From NCBI GenBank assembly GCA_000004985.1, contig GG738850.1: a DNA stretch of 64,000 bases, one strand, 5' to 3'. The position numbers and the translations under genes are program-made. This DNA comes from Naegleria gruberi (lineage: Eukaryota). How positions within the stretch are numbered: the stretch's first letter is position 1; each line of letters begins with the position of its first letter. The notes under the pieces were generated by a model. It ran no database searches. It saw only the letters and a program-made list of their open reading frames with translations, and was not told the origin of the DNA. Of the stretch, positions 1 through 10,874 are shown one piece after another.

Positions 1-1
1 T

Positions 2-295
2 CTAAATCAAACACATACCAATCTCCACTTCATTCTTTGCCAAATTACATTTACTAATAACATGTCCTTGTTCCTCAGCAAAATACAAAGAACCCGAATA
101 ATAGAACAATCCTCTGGGTGTGCTAACATATCTTGGAGCATTACAAATTGTTGTTAGTTTATATTTTACATTAGCTATATCATCTGCAATACAAAAATCC
201 ATCACCATGACGGCGACGAGGGATATGACAATAAGGAAGGAAAAAATTGCCTTACTGTTTGTGTGGGAGGATCTTGGCGTCCTCATATTGAACAA
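2..295 (-). CDS. Partial hypothetical protein (N-terminal part only, runs off the window start); hydrophobic N-terminal segment suggests signal peptide or TM
   Basis: ORF with ATG at 295 on the minus strand, open to the window edge; hydrophobic stretch FSFLIVISLVAVMVM. No recognisable domain. Confidence 0.3.
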   Translation of the reverse strand: MFNMRTPRSSHTNSKAIFSFLIVISLVAVMVMDFCIADDIANVKYKLTTICNAPRYVSTPRGLFYYSGSLYFAEEQGHVISKCNLAKNEVEIGMCLI

Positions 296-957
296 TTTTT
301 ATCAAGTTTTGTGAAGAAAGTTCATTTTGTAGTTTTTGGAAAAGAAACCAAGACACAAGTTGTTCACCTCAAAACCTATCATTTTTTCATCATCTCATGA
401 CCTTGTCATGACCGATTAAAATCCATCGAATCATTGTCAGGTTTTGAGATAATGGTGTTGTTAGAAAAAAAATAGTTGTTGTTTCGTTAATTTCTCCACG
501 ATTAAACAATGGAATCTATTGCAGTGGATTATCTTCTTCCTTTTTTGAGGATATTTACTCCTCAATTCTGTAGCTAGTCACTTGTAAAATGAAGAATCTC
601 TTACCAATCTAACCAAACAGCAACAGTCCTGTTGTTGCAATCCATCCAGACAACACCAAGATTCAGAGCACCAACATTACAATAGAACATCCACCCAAAC
701 CCCCTCGACAACAGTTTCACAATTACCATCATTTGATCACTGAAAATACCAAAAAGGTGATTGTCAAGGAACTCGGTAATGTTTCAATAGGTAACAGAAA
801 CAATTCAATTAAGGAAATCTTTGACTCTAAAGATACCTTAATAAAGCTCAGTGCAATACTATTCGAATGTTCGTCTTACCAAAAAATTTATTTCCAAATT
901 ATTATGTTGTCTATTTAACGGAATGTATTTAGTGATCAACTTTTGATTACTAATATT

Positions 958-2250
958 TTATTCTAAACCTGAAATAATGTACTGAATCTTATCAATCTTA
1001 TTCTGATATTCCTCTTGCATTTTGTTTGACCTATCAAAAAATACCTGTTTCTCATCATTACTCATCCTGTTCCAACAATTTGCAACGATCGTTGCTTGGT
1101 TTGATAATGAAATATTTGGATTTTCTGACACCACCTCCATTCTTTTCTGTTGAGAGAACAACATGTATGGAGAGGGAACTCTTTTCACTGTACGCTTCTT
1201 AAAGAATAGCAAGATTGAGGGCAAGAGTCCACACAGAACCTCTTCAAATGTTTTCCTCTCTGCAGAGGTACTACATGGAGGAAGGAAGATGGAAACTCTG
1301 CTTGAGGTGCTGAAGGAATTATCAATGACATTGAATAGAAATGTGCTTCCCAGACAAACTATTGTGTGAATAGATGAGAGAATGTAAGGTAAACCAGAAT
1401 CATGGAAGATTACAATTCTTCCCGAGTTAATTTTGATGGAATTGGTTAATAATTTGGAAAATTTCAATTTTTTCAAAATGGAATTCAATTTTTCAATTTG
1501 TGATCGAGTTAAAGGTTCCAATAATTTTTCAATAATTTCAAAAAGTGGTACTGTATCAGATGAATTGGTGTGTGGGAAATGGGTTCTCCTTTCCATTAGT
1601 GCAGTAAGTATCAGAAACTTTCGATGAAAATTATTCTTCCAGAGCAGATTAGTTTTGATTCTAATTTCATTTTCAAAACATTTCACACAACTTAGTGCCT
1701 CTAAAGGTTTAACCTCCTCAATACCTTTTTTCCATTGCTCAACATCATTTTCAATAGTTTGTGAAAAATTAAATTTCATCGAGTCAAGCTCTTCAAATTC
1801 ATGACCATTTACATCATTGATGAAAGGAGTAGAAACACAAAACGAATGTTCGAAATAAAACTTGGCAAATTCTGTACCAGATATAAACCGATACCAACCC
1901 TTACAAACCATCATCAAACAAGCACAACTGTTACAATAATTCGGATGAAAAACTTCCATCGGTCTTAAATAGAGGAAAATATTTGCCAATATTAAATCTT
2001 GATCAAACCATTCGCAAGTTATTGTTATTTGATTAGCATTATCAACTTTCTGAAAATCATCATGTTGATCATGATCGGAAGAATTGCCCAAGTTTCGAAT
2101 AATTTCCTTCGTATTTTCACGTTGTTTGGAAATAAAGTTTTGATGAGAGGTGATTTGCTTCTTGTCAAGTGGTTTCGGTAATTGATTCGTAATTTGCTTG
2201 AGAGAATGTGGATGGATTTGGTGGCGATGATTTTGTGACATATTTTTCAA
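958..2250 (-). CDS. HMG-box DNA-binding protein (C-terminal HMG box)
   Basis: 430-aa ORF. The C-terminus KRVPSPYMLFSQQKRMEVVSENPNISLSNQATIVANCWNRMSNDEKQVFFDRSNKMQEEYQ matches the HMG-box pattern (P-x-Y-M-L-F ... W ... Y). The N-terminal two-thirds has no clear domain. Confidence 0.55.
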   Translation of the reverse strand: MKNMSQNHRHQIHPHSLKQITNQLPKPLDKKQITSHQNFISKQRENTKEIIRNLGNSSDHDQHDDFQKVDNANQITITCEWFDQDLILANIFLYLRPMEVFHPNYCNSCACLMMVCKGWYRFISGTEFAKFYFEHSFCVSTPFINDVNGHEFEELDSMKFNFSQTIENDVEQWKKGIEEVKPLEALSCVKCFENEIRIKTNLLWKNNFHRKFLILTALMERRTHFPHTNSSDTVPLFEIIEKLLEPLTRSQIEKLNSILKKLKFSKLLTNSIKINSGRIVIFHDSGLPYILSSIHTIVCLGSTFLFNVIDNSFSTSSRVSIFLPPCSTSAERKTFEEVLCGLLPSILLFFKKRTVKRVPSPYMLFSQQKRMEVVSENPNISLSNQATIVANCWNRMSNDEKQVFFDRSNKMQEEYQNKIDKIQYIISGLE

Positions 2251-3047
2251 CTTTAAATATTCTATTTTCTGATTACAACGATTGAATTTCCATGAAACTC
2301 TTGACTATTATCGCATTGTTAGTGATAGGTTTCCATTGGAATAGTTTCGTTTCTCATTGAACCAGTTACAACATTTTTCAAATTGATTTACAAATTAATG
2401 ATAAACTTTTGGTTCTATTAAAAAGTTTCGAATAAGGTAAATGAGATGGAACTCTTGTAACTCTCCCTTAAAGAAATTTAAAGTTTCGTTCAACCTAATT
2501 GAACTGTACTTCTTGAATGTAAACTTCCAGAATTGAATTCAAATATCAAACGTTCATTTTCTGAACGATTACTTGATCTGCTTAAGGATAAAGCCATACT
2601 ATTTATTTCCTTCTTTCGTCTCTTTTATTAGAAATGGTATTGATGTAAGAAGGTAATTACTCTTAAAAACCTGCAATTTTACACGTTTTTTCATTTAATA
2701 AAAAAGTGCATTTCCTATTCGAAAGGGTTTCCATCTCTGTTCATTTAGACATTTATTGTAAAATTCCAGAATTATGAACCGAAACTTTTAAAGTAAGGAA
2801 GAAAGGAAAAAGACGAAACTCCTCTCGAATTGAACGTTCTAACGAGGTACTTTTTTATACTTCTTTCTTATTGGGACCCCCTGAAATTATCTATCATTCC
2901 AAATGGATCTAATTAGGTTTGTGTGTTTCAACATCTTTTTTCTAAATTGATCCAAACTTCATTCGTTTCGTTTCGAATATTAAAAACTTTCGTTTTAAAT
3001 ATAAACAGACTTTGAATTAAAAAAAGAGAACAAACAGCCACCGTTTC

Positions 3048-3938
3048 GTGTTTTTAGAAATGAAAAAGTCCAACAGTAAAGCTAATTCTTCATCTTCTTC
3101 TTCAACCATCACCATGATCAATTCAAATATTTCATCTTCTCCTTCAAGTAGTAGCAACAAATCTAGTCAACCAGGAAATAATTTTATAGCTAGACCAATT
3201 TTTAGAGGAGAATTCAAAAATTACAAAGTTGATAAACCAAAAAAGATGAGCAAATCAATTAAATCAAATCAAAGAAAGGAGAAGAAACCAATGGAAACTC
3301 AAGTCAACTTGCAAAAGACAGTTCCGATTACTAATCAAAAGAAGGAATCAATAATGAGCCAACTCACATTCCATGAAAGCTATTCCAAAGATTTGTGTCC
3401 ATTCGGAAAGGTTAAAGTTAAGAATAATCCTGTCAGAAATCATCCCTATGTTCAACAATTTGTTTTGAATACTTGTCAATCTACATCTACAGTAATGGAT
3501 AGTGGAAGTTGCAGTTCATTTTCATCACCATCTAATAGATCTCCTAAATTAACAATTTCAAAAACTCCAATTGAAACTTTACAACCTCCAAAAAAGGAAA
3601 ATTTCATATTTCACTTTAAGGTAAATGAAGGAAATCCACAACAAATAACCAATTTACAAAGATCTTCACCATTCCAAACATCATTCAATTCTTCATCAAG
3701 TTGTTCTTCCATGAGTTCTTCCCAAAATAGCAATAATAGTCAATTGACATTTCCAAATCAAGATACAAGTTGTGTGAATGCAAAGCCAATCATGATGGAA
3801 AGTGCCATTGTGCATGAACCAGAATTAATCATCTTGCCACCTTTCAGACAAGTTGATAAATCAGAGAATATCAAAATTCCTTCCATTAAATATATTGAGA
3901 GCATGATACATCATCCAACAAGAATTCATTCACAATAA
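3048..3938 (+). CDS. Ser/Asn-rich low-complexity hypothetical protein
   Basis: 296-aa ORF with S/N homopolymeric runs (SSSSSS, NSNISSSPSSSSNKSS) and no recognisable domain. Divergent from the HMG-box gene across a roughly 0.8-kb AT-rich intergenic region. Confidence 0.4.
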   Translation: MFLEMKKSNSKANSSSSSSTITMINSNISSSPSSSSNKSSQPGNNFIARPIFRGEFKNYKVDKPKKMSKSIKSNQRKEKKPMETQVNLQKTVPITNQKKESIMSQLTFHESYSKDLCPFGKVKVKNNPVRNHPYVQQFVLNTCQSTSTVMDSGSCSSFSSPSNRSPKLTISKTPIETLQPPKKENFIFHFKVNEGNPQQITNLQRSSPFQTSFNSSSSCSSMSSSQNSNNSQLTFPNQDTSCVNAKPIMMESAIVHEPELIILPPFRQVDKSENIKIPSIKYIESMIHHPTRIHSQ

Positions 3939-4078
3939 ATATTGTCCTTCAAAATTAAACTGTATTATTAAGCCAGAGAAAATCTCTTTGAATGTTCTAA
4001 TCGAAACAAATCCCAAATGTCAGCCAATGTGGAATAGCTTCTAGGTACATTAATTACCTTAACCTTAATCATTCATCA

Positions 4079-4167
4079 GGGTGGTTAGCTCAGCGGTAGA
4101 GCACCGGATTGCAAAGTTAATTGCAGCAGACATCCGATGGTCACGTGTTCGATCCACGTACCACCCT
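4079..4167 (+). tRNA. tRNA-Cys (anticodon GCA) with a 17-nt intron in the anticodon loop
   Basis: GGGTGGTTAGCTCAGCGGTAGAGCACCGGATTGCAAA[gttaattgcagcagaca]TCCGATGGTCACGTGTTCGATCCACGTACCACCC+T folds as a cloverleaf with acceptor GGGTGGT/ACCACCC, D stem GCTC/GAGC, T stem ACGTG/CACGT, T loop TTCGATC and anticodon loop TTGCAAA. Intron is about 4116..4132. The track ORF 4081..4266 is just a translation of this tRNA. Confidence 0.85.
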
Positions 4168-4570
4168 ACCTTTTACCTTCTTTTGAGTTATAAGAAATTG
4201 TTAATTCTTCTTTTGAGTGTTCTTTTAACTTGTATTGAAAAAAAGCTCGTTCAAGATAAAGAGTGAATGATCTTCATTAAATTCTTATTGATAAATTAAC
4301 TGTGAGAATGGTATTATTTGGGTTAGCTTGGTGATTAATCAGAAAGGTGGCATTTCATGAATGTTTACAATATTACAAAGACAGTCTCAGAATTCTAAAA
4401 TAGAACTCAAATTGTTGTTTGTTACAAAAGACACTAATCTCTTGATTGGTTCTTCGGTGAGAAAACAAGGATTTTTGTGTCTCTTGGCAGACACAACCTT
4501 TATAAATATCCAACCTTGTAGCATAGCAATTTTAAAAAACAAAGCGAAACCTTTCCATCAATAACAAAGA

Positions 4571-5314
4571 ATGGTAAAATCAGATCAACCTACCGCACCA
4601 ACTGGCACACGTTGTAAAACATGTGTTTGTGGAGAAACAGGGTGCGAACATATCAAGCAATTGAGAAAAATGACTGGTAAAGGGAAACCATATATCAAAA
4701 GCTTTAATGAAAAGATCCAACGTTTAATAACATTAGAAATGAAGGACGAATTTGAGAAGTTTTTAAAGGGAGAATTGACAAAAATCAACTTGGATTCTCT
4801 CAAGCCAAAGACTGGAAAAGAATACGAACTTGGTATTAAAGTTGAATTTTATGATGTCATTGAAGTGAAGTGGAAGAAAACTATTCAAACATGTGACAAC
4901 TCTAACTCAAGTATTGGATCAAGTGCTAATCCACTCCGTTCTCCACAAACAGGTAATGATATCTTAAATTTTTTTGAAGAAGCCAATGAAGACAACATGT
5001 CAGATTCATCAGTCAACCTTGATGAAATGAATGAATCTCAAACAATCCATTCACAGCCTAAATATAAGTGTATGGTAGATACTCCAGAAAGTTTGCAAAT
5101 GATCTGTCTATCTGATATTGAATTGAGAAGCTATTCCAATTTAAAAACACGTTTGAGTGAAAAGTTCTCATGTACTGTTGGTAGCATCTATTTCAAATAT
5201 CAACAGGATCGTAAAAAGTGCCTGTTGGAAGATGATAGAGATTTAATGGATTTATTTAGTCGTGAATTAATAAAGAGTCAAAAGGATTGGGAAAACTTTA
5301 TAATTTCCATTTGA
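4571..5314 (+). CDS. Hypothetical protein with a C-terminal PB1-like domain; N-terminal Cys cluster (CKTCVCGETGC)
   Basis: 247-aa ORF. The C-terminal segment ICLSDIELRSYSNLKTRLSEKFSCTVGSIYFKYQQDRKKCLLEDDRDLMDLF resembles the PB1/OPCA acidic motif (YxDEDGD-like). It lies between the two inverted tRNA-Cys copies. Confidence 0.4.
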   Translation: MVKSDQPTAPTGTRCKTCVCGETGCEHIKQLRKMTGKGKPYIKSFNEKIQRLITLEMKDEFEKFLKGELTKINLDSLKPKTGKEYELGIKVEFYDVIEVKWKKTIQTCDNSNSSIGSSANPLRSPQTGNDILNFFEEANEDNMSDSSVNLDEMNESQTIHSQPKYKCMVDTPESLQMICLSDIELRSYSNLKTRLSEKFSCTVGSIYFKYQQDRKKCLLEDDRDLMDLFSRELIKSQKDWENFIISI

Positions 5315-5364
5315 TTTTGGATTAAAAATTAATAATTTCTTATAACTCAAAAGAAGGTAAAAGG

Positions 5365-5453
5365 AAGGGTGGTACGTGGATCGAACACGTGACCATCGGA
5401 TGTCTGCTGCAAATATCTTTGCAATCCGGTGCTCTACCGCTGAGCTAACCACC
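5365..5453 (-). tRNA. tRNA-Cys (GCA), second copy in inverted orientation, with a 17-nt intron
   Basis: The reverse complement gives exons identical to the 4079..4167 copy. The intron (gatatttgcagcagaca) differs at 3 positions. The 31 nt 3' of the tRNA (ccttttaccttcttttgagttataagaaatt) are also identical to the flank of the first copy. Track ORF 5267..5452 is spurious. Confidence 0.85.
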
Positions 5454-5529
5454 CTGTTGTGGTGTTAAGAATTAAGACGATCACTGCAGTACCCTACATA
5501 CTAAGGCTATACAAAACTCCACCATAATA

Positions 5530-6378
5530 ATGAGTGCTTTGTTTTGGGTTGAGTTCAAACAAACTTTACAAAAAAATGAAGCAACACACAATGATGAACA
5601 ATCTAAACAACATTCCAACGAGTTGAGAATGGATCATGACGATGCACTAAAGAGACTCAATGTTCAATCATTAGAAAAGTTAAAAATTGCCAATCAGCAA
5701 CATTCCGATCAGCAAATTAATGATGAAAATTCTTCATCGTTTATGATGGAAATTAATTCTGATCCTCATCAGGACGGAATTAAATTACAAATAATTAAAG
5801 GGAGTATTGTCGATCTGCCAATATATATCGATACTATTGTGAATGCTGCTAATGAAAGTTTGATGGGAGGAGGTGGAATTGATCAAATTATTCATGCTAG
5901 AGCTGGTGATGAGCTCAAATTGGAATGTAAAACTAAATATTCTCCATCTTGTCTGAAAATGAAAGGTTCCATTACCTATGGAAATGATGAATTGGAATAT
6001 AGATGTGCCACTGGAGAGGCTGTCATTACTCAAGCACATAATTTGAGTGAGAAATGTCAATATATTATTCATACAGTTGGACCATATTTGGATGAAAATG
6101 GAAATACTCAACCAGAACTATTATCAAACTGTTACAATTCATGTTTACAGTTAGCTATGGAAAATAATCTGAAATCTATTGCATTTCCTTGCATTAGTAC
6201 TGGATATTATGGTTATCCAATCGAAGAAGCTTGTAGACTAGCTCTAAAAATAGTCAAAAACTTTCTTCATTCACATCTGAATAAGCAATCATCTTTGAGG
6301 CATATCATTTTTGTAATTTTCAATGATTTGGAGTTTGAAATTTACAAAATTTTATTTCAAACCATTTCGTCTTTGTGA
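5530..6378 (+). CDS. Macro-domain (ADP-ribose-binding/processing) protein
   Basis: The C-terminal ~180 aa, IIKGSIVDLPIYIDTIVNAANESLMGGGGIDQIIHARAG ... IAFPCISTGYYGYP, carries the macro-domain signatures (NAAN, GGGGV/I, AIHRAAG-like, ISTG). The N-terminal ~95 aa is low complexity. Confidence 0.8.
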   Translation: MSALFWVEFKQTLQKNEATHNDEQSKQHSNELRMDHDDALKRLNVQSLEKLKIANQQHSDQQINDENSSSFMMEINSDPHQDGIKLQIIKGSIVDLPIYIDTIVNAANESLMGGGGIDQIIHARAGDELKLECKTKYSPSCLKMKGSITYGNDELEYRCATGEAVITQAHNLSEKCQYIIHTVGPYLDENGNTQPELLSNCYNSCLQLAMENNLKSIAFPCISTGYYGYPIEEACRLALKIVKNFLHSHLNKQSSLRHIIFVIFNDLEFEIYKILFQTISSL

Positions 6379-6697
6379 ACACACCAAAAACAGTAGCTGA
6401 GCATAACCAAATCAATTTAATTCAGAACAACTTCAAATGTAAGCCACAGATTGACACAGTCAAGTTAGATATTGGCTCAGACGATAAAAAAGAGGATGAA
6501 GAAATCATACTAGAAATAGCAATGTGGATATTTCCAAAAGTTTTTAAGAGAGTTACTTCTGGAATGTATTAAAATCGCTTATCCTGAGCTAGAACATATT
6601 GCCAAGTTCATTGAAAGTATTTCCAGTTTTCTGAAAGGAGGAAAAGGACATCTACCTGTTTGGTAAATTGAGGAGAAGAACAATACTGAATAATAAT

Positions 6698-7258
6698 TTA
6701 CAAATTGCTCAATCGAATTGTTCTAATCTTCTTTGTTTCCTCACTCTTGTTAATGATAATTCTCAAAACACCATTCTCCAATTGAGCTTTAACTTGTTCA
6801 AGGTTTGCTTGTTTTGGGAGATAGATACTCCTTTTGAATGATCCACTATTTCTTTCTCTAACAAGAATCTTGTCCCCACTGTTCTCCTGTTCAACCTTTC
6901 CACTTATTATCAATACCCGAACTTCCTCATCAATATTAATCTTTAAATTTTCCCTTTCCAACCCAGGAACATTACAAATTACTTTAAATTCCTTTGAATT
7001 CTCCACCACACCAAGAGCAGGTTTAAAGTAATGTTTCTCTTCTTGTGGTGTGCCTCCATTGAGAGAAGATGATTTGCTTACTCTCGGATCGAACAAGAGA
7101 AAATCAGAAAACAAGCCAGGAATACCATGAATTAAAATTCTTCTTTTCGGAGATGCTGATGTTCCTGTACTACAATCAGTGTTGTTAGAACAATTCTTTT
7201 CAGGAGTACTCTTGTTATTGTCTTGAGAAAAAGCCTTTCTTTCTTCTGCTTGGGTCAT
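6698..7258 (-). CDS. Small heat-shock protein (alpha-crystallin/Hsp20 domain)
   Basis: 186-aa ORF. The C-terminal half, KEFKVICNVPGLERENLKINIDEEVRVLIISGK ... SFKRSIYLPKQANLEQVKAQLENGVLRIIINK, fits the alpha-crystallin domain (GVLTV-like NGVLRI near the end). Confidence 0.6.
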   Translation of the reverse strand: MTQAEERKAFSQDNNKSTPEKNCSNNTDCSTGTSASPKRRILIHGIPGLFSDFLLFDPRVSKSSSLNGGTPQEEKHYFKPALGVVENSKEFKVICNVPGLERENLKINIDEEVRVLIISGKVEQENSGDKILVRERNSGSFKRSIYLPKQANLEQVKAQLENGVLRIIINKSEETKKIRTIRLSNL

Positions 7259-7547
7259 TTCGGTTTTTTTTAATCTTGTGCTTGGAAATTCCGAAACTCT
7301 ATTATGAAGAGAAATGTTGATGTGGAAATGTAGTAACTATCCATCTTTTAACAATTTCCATTAACATTTTAAAAATGTAACGGTTTTCCTACGCGTTTAT
7401 CTTCATATCTTGTTCATCCATCTCCGAAAATAATAATAATATTAAATTCAAAAAGGCTTAAATACATAAATTACAAACTCATATCGCTGCTATTGACTTC
7501 TTCCACTTTAGATAAGAGAATCATCAATAATCAAAGATTAGAAAAAA

Positions 7548-9149
7548 ATGCAAAACTCCAAGTCGAGGAGTTTCATCTCCGTCTTTGCTTTCATCTTGGT
7601 GATGACATTATTTACCAGCAGCAACAATCAAGTATTAGCCAATAATAATAATATTAAACTTGCTGGCTCACCAAAGCACGTCTATCAAGTTGGAGAACCT
7701 GAATTTTGGTTCCATCAACGTATCGATCACTTTAATGCATTGAACACTGATACTTTCCCACAACGTTATTACAAGTTTGTTCCGGAGGGAGTTTCAGCAT
7801 CATCACCTAATCACTTGTTGTACATTTGTCCTGAGGCTACTTGTGGAGGAACACCAAATAATTATGTGAAAAATTATGCTATGGAATTGAAGGCTACAAT
7901 TTATACTTTGGAACATCGTTTTTATGGTAAATCAGGTATGTTTTTCAATGATGATGATGATGATATATTAATTTATAATGTTGAATATTTATTAATTTAT
8001 TGGATAATATTGGAAATTTGATGAATGAATTAATGTGGAATAATGTGTGAAATTGTATGAATAATTGGAATAGTTCCTTACAAATCAATGAAGACTGTTA
8101 ATATGGCCAATTATTTAAAGACAGAAATGGCATTGGCTGACTTGTCAGTCTTTATTGAATATATTGCAACATTGCCATCAGATAATAATACTCCTCATCA
8201 ATTTATTATTGTTGGATGTAGTTATCCAGGTGCATTGAGTGCATTCTTCTCTATGAAATATCCACATCTTGTCAAGGGTGCCTTGTCATCATCTGGTGTT
8301 GTCAACTCTATTTTGGACTTTTATACTTTTGATATGCATGTTCAACAAGCTGCTGGTCCTGAATGTACTGCTCTCTTGACTCGTGCTACTTCTATTATGG
8401 AAAAGATGAATCCAACCAATTTGTTGAGAGATTTCCAAGCTCCAGCAGATATGGATATTAGAGATTTGTTCCTTCTTTTTGGTGATATTGCTGGTGAAAG
8501 CGTTCAATATGGATATCATTATGAATTGTGTAATGCCATGAAGAGTGGTAACACTAATTTGGATGAAGTTATTTATCAAAATTTCCACAATTATTCTCTT
8601 AATTTTTTCTACAAGGTATTCGAAACCTCACCATTGGATTATTACAATGGAGCTATTGGTAATGATAATTATGATCCTTCACAAGGAGCTAATGGTGGCA
8701 GATCTTGGTGGTTGCAAACCTGTTCTGAACTCTCCTATTTCAATACTGCCCCACCAAAGAATTTGCCATCCATTAGAAGTAGATGGTTGGATTTGGACTA
8801 TTTCTATGACAAGTGCAAAAAGATCTTTGGATATCCAATTAAACCAAACACTGACTTTGTCAATAACCAATATGGTGCCAAGCAATTGTTGAATACCACT
8901 ACAGGAAGAACTGTCTTTGTCAATGGTAGCCAAGATCCTTGGCTTAGAGCTGGTGTTGATATTGATCCAAAGAAATTCAGTTTCTTGATTGAATGCAACA
9001 ATTGTGGACATTGTGTTGACTTGAGAGGTTGTCCAAGTTGGGCTCAAAATCAAGAAATCAATTATAAGTGTGTTGAAAATGGTAATGAACAAGTTGCAAA
9101 GATTAGACAACAAACTTTAGCAATTATGAAAGTTTGGTTCCACATGTAA
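7548..9149 (+). CDS. Serine carboxypeptidase S28 family (Pro-X carboxypeptidase / DPP2-like), 2 exons
   Basis: Signal peptide present. S28 N-terminal motif FWFHQRIDHFN...FPQRYY, and the nucleophile motif GCSYPGALSAFFSMKYPHLVKGALSSSGVV (GxSYxG). Intron about 7936..8073 (GTATGT...AG, 138 nt) joins FYGKS|VPYKSMKTVNMANYLKTEMALADL, restoring the conserved S28 ...YL..E.ALADL segment. Exons: 7548..7935 and 8074..9149. Confidence 0.8.
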
Positions 9150-9188
9150 CATTGAATGAAAAAAACTATTTATGTAAATTCTTTGTTT

Positions 9189-10417
9189 TTAAAAAAGTTC
9201 CTCACTAGCATAGGGTACAAAGCTTAGCTCTGTAGAAATCTTTCTCAAATGTTGGATCTTTTCGTAGGGAATTCTACTTTCGTAAGTAATGGCATCGTTT
9301 AATTGTCCCATAGATACGGCAGGGTGGAAAGCCAAATTTCCACTCAAATATTCTGCATACCTATTGTGAATGAGATCTGAAATGTCCAATTGTTGTTTTA
9401 TGAAAATTCCATCTCTAGAGAATGCCAATCGCATATTCTTTGAATCAAAATAAACACCAATAACGTATTCACAATTAGTAGTATCACATGGATAAGTGAA
9501 AATATTTTGATCAACACCGAAATCATATGTCTTGATTGAGGTATTTCTATAATCATGTTACAACTCTATTAATACTAGTAGAAAACAAACCTCAAATAAA
9601 CGTGATGTCCTTCATCATAATATCCAATTCCAAGAGAATTTCCTGATCCAACATAATCCAAAAATGGTACGTCCAATGATTTTGTCTTGATTTCAAATCT
9701 CTCTGATAAACGATCAAAACTCATTGGATCTTCCACTTTACATTCCGATAATATATCTATCAATATCAAACCCATCAAGAGATTATCAAAGGTTCCACTT
9801 TTGTGAACTCTAAACTCGAAAAAGTGAATTCCACTATCATAAAGAATTGGATTATTCACAATACACATTCCAGCATTTGAAGATTTGTAATCTTGATTCA
9901 TCCTCACAGTTCTTCCAATCGTGCAACTGGTACTACTACTACTAGATACATCCTGTCCAACTGAACTGAGATAGCAATCCTCCTTCTCAAAGATGGTCAT
10001 CTCCTTATAACACATCTCCATTCTAAAACATTTCTCCAATGGAAGAGATAATCCCATCACTCCACTACGAATAAAGGCCATTCTAAAACTGGTAAATTGA
10101 TTCAATACTTGTGAAGAAGCAAAATTTGTATTCAACGAATAGGAACGTAATAAATGTTCATACAATCCATCATTCATTAAATTTCCTTCATCCCTATCAT
10201 GATGAATATTTAATTTCTTCAATTGATCGGAAAGTAATTGATCATCGGAAGATTTTGCAAAATCATCGTGTTCAATTTTCGGAGGATCAATCAACTTGTA
10301 AAATCGCTCACAAACACTCGGCAGTGTAATCATGATTGTTTTCAATGATTCGGTCAGGTAGATGAAAATTTCGATTAGAATTTCATCTGGAATTTCATCC
10401 AGCAAATTTCTTTTCAT
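9189..10417 (-). CDS. F-box / SPRY(B30.2)-domain protein, 2 exons
   Basis: N-terminal F-box-like LLDEIPDEILIEIFIYL. SPRY-like segments GIHFFEFRVHKSG and IGVYFDSKNMRLAFSRDG ... AFHPAVSMGQ. The two ORFs (9575..10417 and 9189..9434) join across a 44-nt AT-rich intron of about 9547..9590 (GTTTGT...TTATAG) in phase, giving ...HHVYLR|NTSIKTYDFG.... Confidence 0.55.
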
Positions 10418-10874
10418 TTTTTTTTAAAGTTTTTTTAATTTTTTAGTTTTTTTTAGATTTTGATTTTTGAGGATTTTGTGTGAAATGCAAAATCAAAGAA
10501 CTGCTTACTGATTTTTGAGGAGGATTTTCAAGGAAAATTATTCAATTTCACAAAACGAGTGTTCCTTACTGAGGAGAATTGTAAAGTGGTGAGAGAAATG
10601 GATTTGAATTAGTAACACGGTGGAAGCAGTACTCCCAATGATGGTCTTTGATGTCATGGTGAATATTAATCTGCTAAACGTGTGATGATTTCTGTCTTTG
10701 TAAGGTTGGTTGACCAATCAAACCAATCAAACGAAGGTTAGGAACCTAAAAAATAATATAAATAGAACAAGCAGTTTCTCTTGAACGTGACGAAAATCAA
10801 AAAAAAACAACAATTTTCTCTGATCATCATCACACTTTAAAAGATTCTAATAATCCTCATCAAATTAATAATAC

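Noticed and set aside
4081-4266. Track ORFs 4081..4266 (+) and 5267..5452 (-), 61 aa each, near-identical proteins
   Set aside because: They are translations of the two tRNA-Cys genes and their conserved flanks (MVSSAVEHRIAK is GTG-GTT-AGC-TCA-GCG-GTA-GAG-CAC... read as codons). They are not protein genes.
7283-7300. Heat-shock-element-like TGGAAATTCCGAAAC about 30 bp upstream of the small-HSP gene
   Set aside because: GAA and TTC units are spaced by 1 nt rather than the 2 nt of a canonical nGAAnnTTCn HSE. I cannot support it as an HSE without more evidence.
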